DNA of 64,000 nt from Alphaproteobacteria bacterium (lineage in GTDB: Bacteria; Pseudomonadota; Alphaproteobacteria; Rickettsiales; UBA998), in the NCBI GenBank assembly GCA_004292675.1, contig RDXO01000015.1, positions 9,115 through 73,114 on the forward strand, in the 5' to 3' direction. The notes under the pieces were generated by a model. It worked only from the letters and a program-made list of their open reading frames with translations, was not told the origin of the DNA and ran no database searches. Below, piece by piece: positions 59,843 to 64,000 of the stretch (positions are counted from its first letter, which is position 1; each line of letters opens with the position of its first letter). The translations under genes and the position numbers were made by a program.

Positions 59843-59969
59843 CTATAGTGCTTCCATTATATAATTACCGATCAATCGGCAATTATATAATGGTAAAAGC
59901 ACTATAAATCATATGATTATAGTCGTTCCTTGACATAAAAAATGAGTATTTTTTTGTCAAACGACTATA
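59843..59969 (-). repeat. palindromic repeat family 2, full copy (reverse arrangement)
   Basis: ctatagtgcttccattatataattaccgat-caa-tcggcaattatataatggtaaaagcactata, then aatcatatgat, then tatagtcgttccttgac...gtcaaacgactata. Confidence 0.7.
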
Positions 59970-60101
59970 AATAAACATGGTGGGCGTACCATAATTCACA
60001 ATCCTATCTCAAAGGAATATGGCTTCCGAGGATTGCGCCCAGCTATTAATAAAACTGTAACACAAGAAGCGCATAATGGAATTGACGGGAAGGAACATGC
60101 G

Positions 60102-60569
60102 ATGAGCGATGATATAGTGAAAGCAGTGGGCAAGCTAGAAGCTAATTATGAGCATCTGCGCGAACATCAACAAAAGCTAGAAGCAAGCATTGAAGCGATG
60201 CCCAAAAAGATCAATGATATGCTTGCGCAAGAATTGAAGAATCAAATAACAACCTTAAACGCCGACATAACTGTAAAAATTGGCAAAGTTCAATCTGAAC
60301 TGGAACTTAAACTGGGAAGAGTTGAATCCGAATTACCTAAAAAATGGGTTTTTTATCTTTGGGCTTTTAGCACTATGTTTGCACTCTTTAGTCTTATGTT
60401 TGGATTTGGATATTTTGTATATAACCAAACGGATAAAAATAAGCCTAACATTGATATAGTTGATTCTATAAATACTACTAATCAGTTGCTAACAGATTCT
60501 TTAGTGCAGCAGAACAAAACTATGGTAGATACCACTTCACCACAAACAGAGAAAAAAGTACAGCCATGA
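60102..60569 (+). CDS. hypothetical coiled-coil protein with one TM
   Basis: Start at the ATG preceded by GGGAAGGA. N-terminal coiled coil, TM WVFYLWAFSTMFALFSLMFGFGYFVY, and an AT-rich 3-prime half. Its stop overlaps the nrdR start (ATGA). Confidence 0.55.
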   Translation: MSDDIVKAVGKLEANYEHLREHQQKLEASIEAMPKKINDMLAQELKNQITTLNADITVKIGKVQSELELKLGRVESELPKKWVFYLWAFSTMFALFSLMFGFGYFVYNQTDKNKPNIDIVDSINTTNQLLTDSLVQQNKTMVDTTSPQTEKKVQP

Positions 60570-61033
60570 AATGCCCCTATTGCGGTCATCATGATACGCA
60601 GGTGAAAGATTCGCGTCCGTCAGACGATGGTACAACCATCAAAAGACGACGGCATTGCCCAAGTTGTGATGCACGTTTCACGACACTTGAACGCGTCCAG
60701 TTGCGTGAGCTTGTGGTGGTGAAGCGCGATGGCACGCGCAAGCCTTTTGATCGGGATAAAATCATGCGCTCCATGCTCATGGCAACACGCAAACGCCCCA
60801 TTCAAGCAGATGCCCTAGAGCAAGCGGTCAATCGCATGGTGCGTGAATTAGAACATCAAGGGGCAGATAGTGGGGATATAGCCAGCGCAGCTATCGGGGA
60901 AAGAGTCATGGATGCGTTGCGCGCCTTGGATCAAGTCGCTTATATTCGCTATGCTTCCGTCTATCGTGATTTCACTGAAAAGGGTGATTTTGAAGCCTTC
61001 GTCAAACATATGGACGGTGGGGAAGAAATATAA
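60566..61033 (+). CDS. nrdR: transcriptional repressor NrdR
   Basis: MKCPYCGHHDTQVKDSRP zinc ribbon plus an ATP-cone domain. Confidence 0.96.
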   Translation: MKCPYCGHHDTQVKDSRPSDDGTTIKRRRHCPSCDARFTTLERVQLRELVVVKRDGTRKPFDRDKIMRSMLMATRKRPIQADALEQAVNRMVRELEHQGADSGDIASAAIGERVMDALRALDQVAYIRYASVYRDFTEKGDFEAFVKHMDGGEEI

Positions 61034-61043
61034 TTCTTCTTTA

Positions 61044-61096
61044 TATAGCGCGTAGCGATAGGTTAGTTAAAGAACTTATCGCTAGGTCGCGCTATA
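61044..61096. repeat. long palindromic hairpin between convergent genes (possible bidirectional terminator)
   Basis: tatagcgcg-tagcgata-[16-nt loop]-tatcgcta-ggt-cgcgctata. There is no flanking T-tract, so it is not a canonical intrinsic terminator. Confidence 0.4.
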
Positions 61097-61130
61097 GTGC
61101 TTCCATTATATAATGGTAAAAGCACTCTAT
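61092..61130. repeat. palindromic repeat family 2, module B deletion derivative
   Basis: ctatagtgcttccattatataatggtaaaagcactctat equals the 59843 module minus the central ttaccgatcaatcggcaattatataa. It overlaps the stop codon of gene 61127-61774. Confidence 0.6.
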
Positions 61131-61774
61131 ATTTTCAAAAGAAATAGCTCGATTTTTTCATCATGCAACGCTGCAAGAGTCGGCACATCTTTATATTCCA
61201 CCGTATGCGCTAATTCATAACCGAAATCACGGCAGGCTTTTTGCGTACCTTTTGATGAGGCTTCTACCATTGCAACATCGAAACCCTTTTTACGTGCCAC
61301 CTCTAATGACATGCGCATGAGTTGGCGCAAATGTCCTTTGTTGCGCGCATCACGAACCGTTCCTGCAAAAAATAAATGATAAAATTTCAGCCCTTGTGCG
61401 TGCATGGCTTGCTCCATCACGCTTTCACCGTGGAGTTTGCCTAATAAATCAAATACAGGCTGCCAATAGCCTTCCCATTGTTGTTCATTAGGATAAGGTA
61501 CGTGATCCTCATTATTATCATCACAAAAAATAGTAGAAACCACACGATCACCTTCCACCGCAATCACCGATAACCCTTGTTCAATCGATGTATGCAATCG
61601 TGGGCGCAAAATATCTGCCGTTGCCTGATAGGGAATGTTGAGAAACTTCAACAATGGTTCATCAAGGAATGCCTCTGCTAAGCAATGCAGCGCAGATTCC
61701 ATATGGCAATGATCCAAAACTTTATATTCTGTTGCGTACTCTAATTGACGTGCTGCTAATGCCATGATGATCAT
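61127..61774 (-). CDS. GNAT-family N-acetyltransferase
   Basis: FFAGTVRDARNKGHLRQLMRMSLEVARKKGF fits the acetyl-CoA-binding Q/R-x-x-G-x-G/A region. Confidence 0.7.
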   Translation of the reverse strand: MIIMALAARQLEYATEYKVLDHCHMESALHCLAEAFLDEPLLKFLNIPYQATADILRPRLHTSIEQGLSVIAVEGDRVVSTIFCDDNNEDHVPYPNEQQWEGYWQPVFDLLGKLHGESVMEQAMHAQGLKFYHLFFAGTVRDARNKGHLRQLMRMSLEVARKKGFDVAMVEASSKGTQKACRDFGYELAHTVEYKDVPTLAALHDEKIELFLLKI

Positions 61775-61872
61775 TCTATATAGTTCGTTGAGTTATAATG
61801 CTGCTGTGCAGCATGAGACGCTTCAGTAACGGACAATACAGAAAAAGTCAATAGGAAATCTCTAGGGCAACT

Positions 61873-62571
61873 CTATAATGTTATCGTGCCATCAAAAACA
61901 CTATGCAATTTCGGGCTATGCAAGATGCTTGCAGGGGTTACCGTTTCCCGCTCCCACGGAATTCTCCCAAAATACCATATGCGCCAAAATAATAAATCTG
62001 CTTTCGGATTATTCGTCAACAGGGTGCGCATATTTTCTATTGTACCTAGCTCAATATTCAATGCTTCACTGACAACTTCATGCACATAGCGCGAGCAAAA
62101 TTGTTTGCGTGAATGCAGGTTAAAGCCTGTATCGTACCACCGCCCTAATTTTTTATTGGCCGCCTCTTTAATGGCTGCTTGTTGCGCCGTTGAAAGTGGA
62201 TCATGCAAGCGTTTGATTGCGACGCGATGATCTTTGGATCGTTTGAGGAACTTAGAAAATGGCGTCGTGGTAGAACGGGGGAAGGTACTTTCCGCCACGA
62301 TGGGTTCATCACCCGCAACATCAATAATGATCCCCACATGGTTTGTCCAACTTTGCGTATCTTTGGCTATTTTACGAAAAGGCAAAATATCAATATGAAT
62401 AAACACAATATCACCAACACGCAGTTCTTTTGATAAACTATCGATATGCATCTTATCCTCTCGATTATAATGTAGCGTTACCGCTCCGATTTCACGCGAT
62501 TCCGATGCATGAGCCAAGGGGGAGAGCATAAGCACGGTGAGTGCCAAAATAAATGATAGGATGTATTTCAT
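61873..62571 (-). CDS. secreted YiiX-like permuted papain/NlpC-P60-fold hydrolase
   Basis: GDIVFIH ... WTNHVGIII (His) ... QFCSRYVHEV (Cys), in the permuted order typical of YiiX/DUF830-like enzymes. Its N-terminal 32 aa are identical to those of the divergent creA-like gene. Confidence 0.7.
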   Translation of the reverse strand: MKYILSFILALTVLMLSPLAHASESREIGAVTLHYNREDKMHIDSLSKELRVGDIVFIHIDILPFRKIAKDTQSWTNHVGIIIDVAGDEPIVAESTFPRSTTTPFSKFLKRSKDHRVAIKRLHDPLSTAQQAAIKEAANKKLGRWYDTGFNLHSRKQFCSRYVHEVVSEALNIELGTIENMRTLLTNNPKADLLFWRIWYFGRIPWERETVTPASILHSPKLHSVFDGTITL

Positions 62572-62583
62572 GATCGTGTGATA
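62477..62583. repeat. left arm of the 107-bp inverted repeat
   Basis: Its reverse complement equals 62674-62780 at 106 of 107 positions (mismatch at 62576/62681). It covers 12 nt of 5-prime UTR plus codons 1-32 of gene 61873-62571. Confidence 0.95.
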
Positions 62584-62673
62584 GTTTGTTCATATTATTC
62601 CTTTATAGCGTGTTCACAAGCAAAATCATAGATAATTTGTATAATTTTTCTTGTATTGTACTCTAGTACAAGG

Positions 62674-62780
62674 TATCACATGATCATGAAATACATCCTA
62701 TCATTTATTTTGGCACTCACCGTGCTTATGCTCTCCCCCTTGGCTCATGCATCGGAATCGCGTGAAATCGGAGCGGTAAC
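62674..62780. repeat. right arm of the 107-bp inverted repeat
   Basis: See the left arm. It covers 12 nt of 5-prime UTR plus codons 1-32 of the creA-like gene. Confidence 0.95.
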
Positions 62781-63198
62781 AACGGGGTTTAAGATCATCG
62801 GGCCAAATCATAAAATTGCTATTGTTGCCTTTGATGATCCCAAAGTCAAGGGGGTTACGTGTTACGTAGCGCGTCCGAAAACGGGCGGGATTAAAGGTGG
62901 GCTAGGTCTTGCCGAAGACCCGTCAATCGCAAGTGTTTCATGTGTTCAAACAGGTGTGATTACTTATATTCGTCCTATTGAAGCCGATGAGAATGGCGAA
63001 GAAGTGTTTGATGAAAACCGCTCACTGATTTTCAAATCCCTTGAAATCATACGATTATTCGATAAGGTTACGCATAGTTTGGTGTATGTAGTGCGCACAC
63101 ATCGCGTGATTGAAGGTTCTCCCGATACATCCATATCGGTGGTCGCCCCTATGGCATGGAATGGCACTCCGCCACAAAAGCCTTTACTCGATGATTAG
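62686..63198 (+). CDS. creA: CreA-family periplasmic protein
   Basis: FKIIGPNHKIAIVAFDDPKVKGVTCYVARPKTGGIKGGLGLAEDPS is the CreA signature. Start set at MKYILSF (signal peptide ...PLAHA/SES); the track ORF begins 10 codons upstream. Confidence 0.85.
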   Translation: MKYILSFILALTVLMLSPLAHASESREIGAVTTGFKIIGPNHKIAIVAFDDPKVKGVTCYVARPKTGGIKGGLGLAEDPSIASVSCVQTGVITYIRPIEADENGEEVFDENRSLIFKSLEIIRLFDKVTHSLVYVVRTHRVIEGSPDTSISVVAPMAWNGTPPQKPLLDD

Positions 63199-63568
63199 AG
63201 CGGCATTACATCTATTGGTCATACCGGCGAAGGCTGGTATCCATAAACGACTAGCGTTACTGGATTCCTGCCTAAAGCAGGAATGACAAATGTGGTGGTT
63301 TTATGGGTTATACCTTGCCACCCTTCACATTATGTAAATATTTCACGCTATGCATTTGGTCTTATGCTCCCCCGCAGGCGGGGGAGCTAGTGAAGCAAGG
63401 ATTTCTTAAAAGAAATCCGATGCTGAACCGTGGGGGTGCATTCTATTCACCCCCACCCAATCATCTGCGGTTTTTCGTTGAAAAACCTTGATTCTTGGAC
63501 TCCCCCGCAGGCGGGAGAGTAAACTATTAATGTATCATAAGGAGTGATAAGGGGCTATGCAGAAGTCT
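63197..63568 (-). mobile_element. MITE family 3, second copy, interrupted by a MITE family 1 insertion
   Basis: The hairpins (ataccggcgaaggctggtat, attcctgcctaaagcaggaat) and the right terminus tatgcagaagtct match the reverse complement of 48282-48408. The left terminus is degenerate and abuts the creA stop codon. Confidence 0.6.
63314..63551 (+). mobile_element. MITE family 1, copy 3 (nested in MITE family 3)
   Basis: Collinear with copies 1 and 2. Flanked by gggttatac (63305-63313) and gggctatgc (63552-63560), a 7 of 9 direct repeat. The uninterrupted family-3 copy has a single ggtttatgc at that point. Confidence 0.75.
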
Positions 63569-63988
63569 CTATATATGCAAGTGAAAATAGCTCATGGATG
63601 GCACACGGGCATATTTCATGACATCGCGCTCTTCAAGATAGGTGACAGAATTATCGCGTGCATTGCTTAAGCGTATAATAAAACGTCCGTGCGTATCTTT
63701 GAAAATCGTAAAACGTCCCTCACCTATTCCATAGACATCGCGTACTTTCTGCTCACGCATAATTTGTTCCAAATAATGCATACGGCGCATATCAATATGT
63801 TTGAACATATTTTCTTGAATCGCGCTAATGAGAACGGGTTCATCGCTTACATCAGATTTTTTCACAGGCGCAGTCACAGCTAGTTTGGGAGTGTTGTACA
63901 CCTCATTCGTAGCTTGTTTATTCTGAGTGGTGAGCGCGCTTAGTTCCATACTATGCTCCTTCGGTGCATATGCTATCATTAGAGGCAA
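63569..63988 (-). CDS. hypothetical protein
   Basis: 139-aa ORF whose stop codon abuts the MITE terminus. No family confidently recognised. Confidence 0.45.
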   Translation of the reverse strand: MPLMIAYAPKEHSMELSALTTQNKQATNEVYNTPKLAVTAPVKKSDVSDEPVLISAIQENMFKHIDMRRMHYLEQIMREQKVRDVYGIGEGRFTIFKDTHGRFIIRLSNARDNSVTYLEERDVMKYARVPSMSYFHLHI

Positions 63989-64000
63989 AATCTATGCCCT

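Noticed and set aside
63569-63988. FlaG-like assignment for the 139-aa ORF. The segment GRFTIFKDTHGRFIIRLSNARDNSVTYLEERDV loosely resembles the FlaG C-terminal pattern.
   Set aside because: The resemblance is only a vague pattern match from memory, and there are no flagellar genes in the window. I kept it as hypothetical.

Overview
This window is a mostly housekeeping chromosomal segment of about 60 protein genes. GC is in the mid-40s percent by eye. Gene content and order (PhaR, PutA, PpdK, a dcw fragment, glyA-nrdR, hisAFE) fit an alphaproteobacterium, possibly a host-associated lineage with a rearranged genome; that placement is inference only. I found no rRNA, tRNA or CRISPR array, and no recognisable multi-gene defence or secretion system.

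The signals worth following up are mostly ones the ORF track does not explain:
1. A 107-bp near-perfect inverted repeat gives two unrelated, divergently transcribed secreted-protein genes (a creA-family gene and a YiiX-like hydrolase gene) identical 5-prime ends and signal peptides. It brackets a 90-bp promoter spacer.
2. There are three families of small non-coding mobile or palindromic elements. One is a ~237-bp five-hairpin MITE present in three copies, each flanked by a 9-bp target-site duplication. One of those copies sits nested inside a MITE of a different family, and an uninterrupted copy of that host element elsewhere in the window shows the empty site.
3. An AT-rich island at the left edge carries an edge-truncated HEPN-motif ORF that is missing from the track. 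Next to it is a truncated four-helix-bundle (23S-IVS/Avd-like) gene bracketed by telomere-like TAGGG repeats that form G-quadruplex motifs.
4. A translationally coupled pair of unknown proteins each carries an HExxH motif.
5. A 1236-aa orphan protein has an ABC1/UbiB-like kinase-like region and a degenerate M48-like segment.
6. Two Pho-box-like direct repeats occur in the same window as a PhoR-like kinase.

All functional calls rest on motif recognition by eye. No database searches were run.
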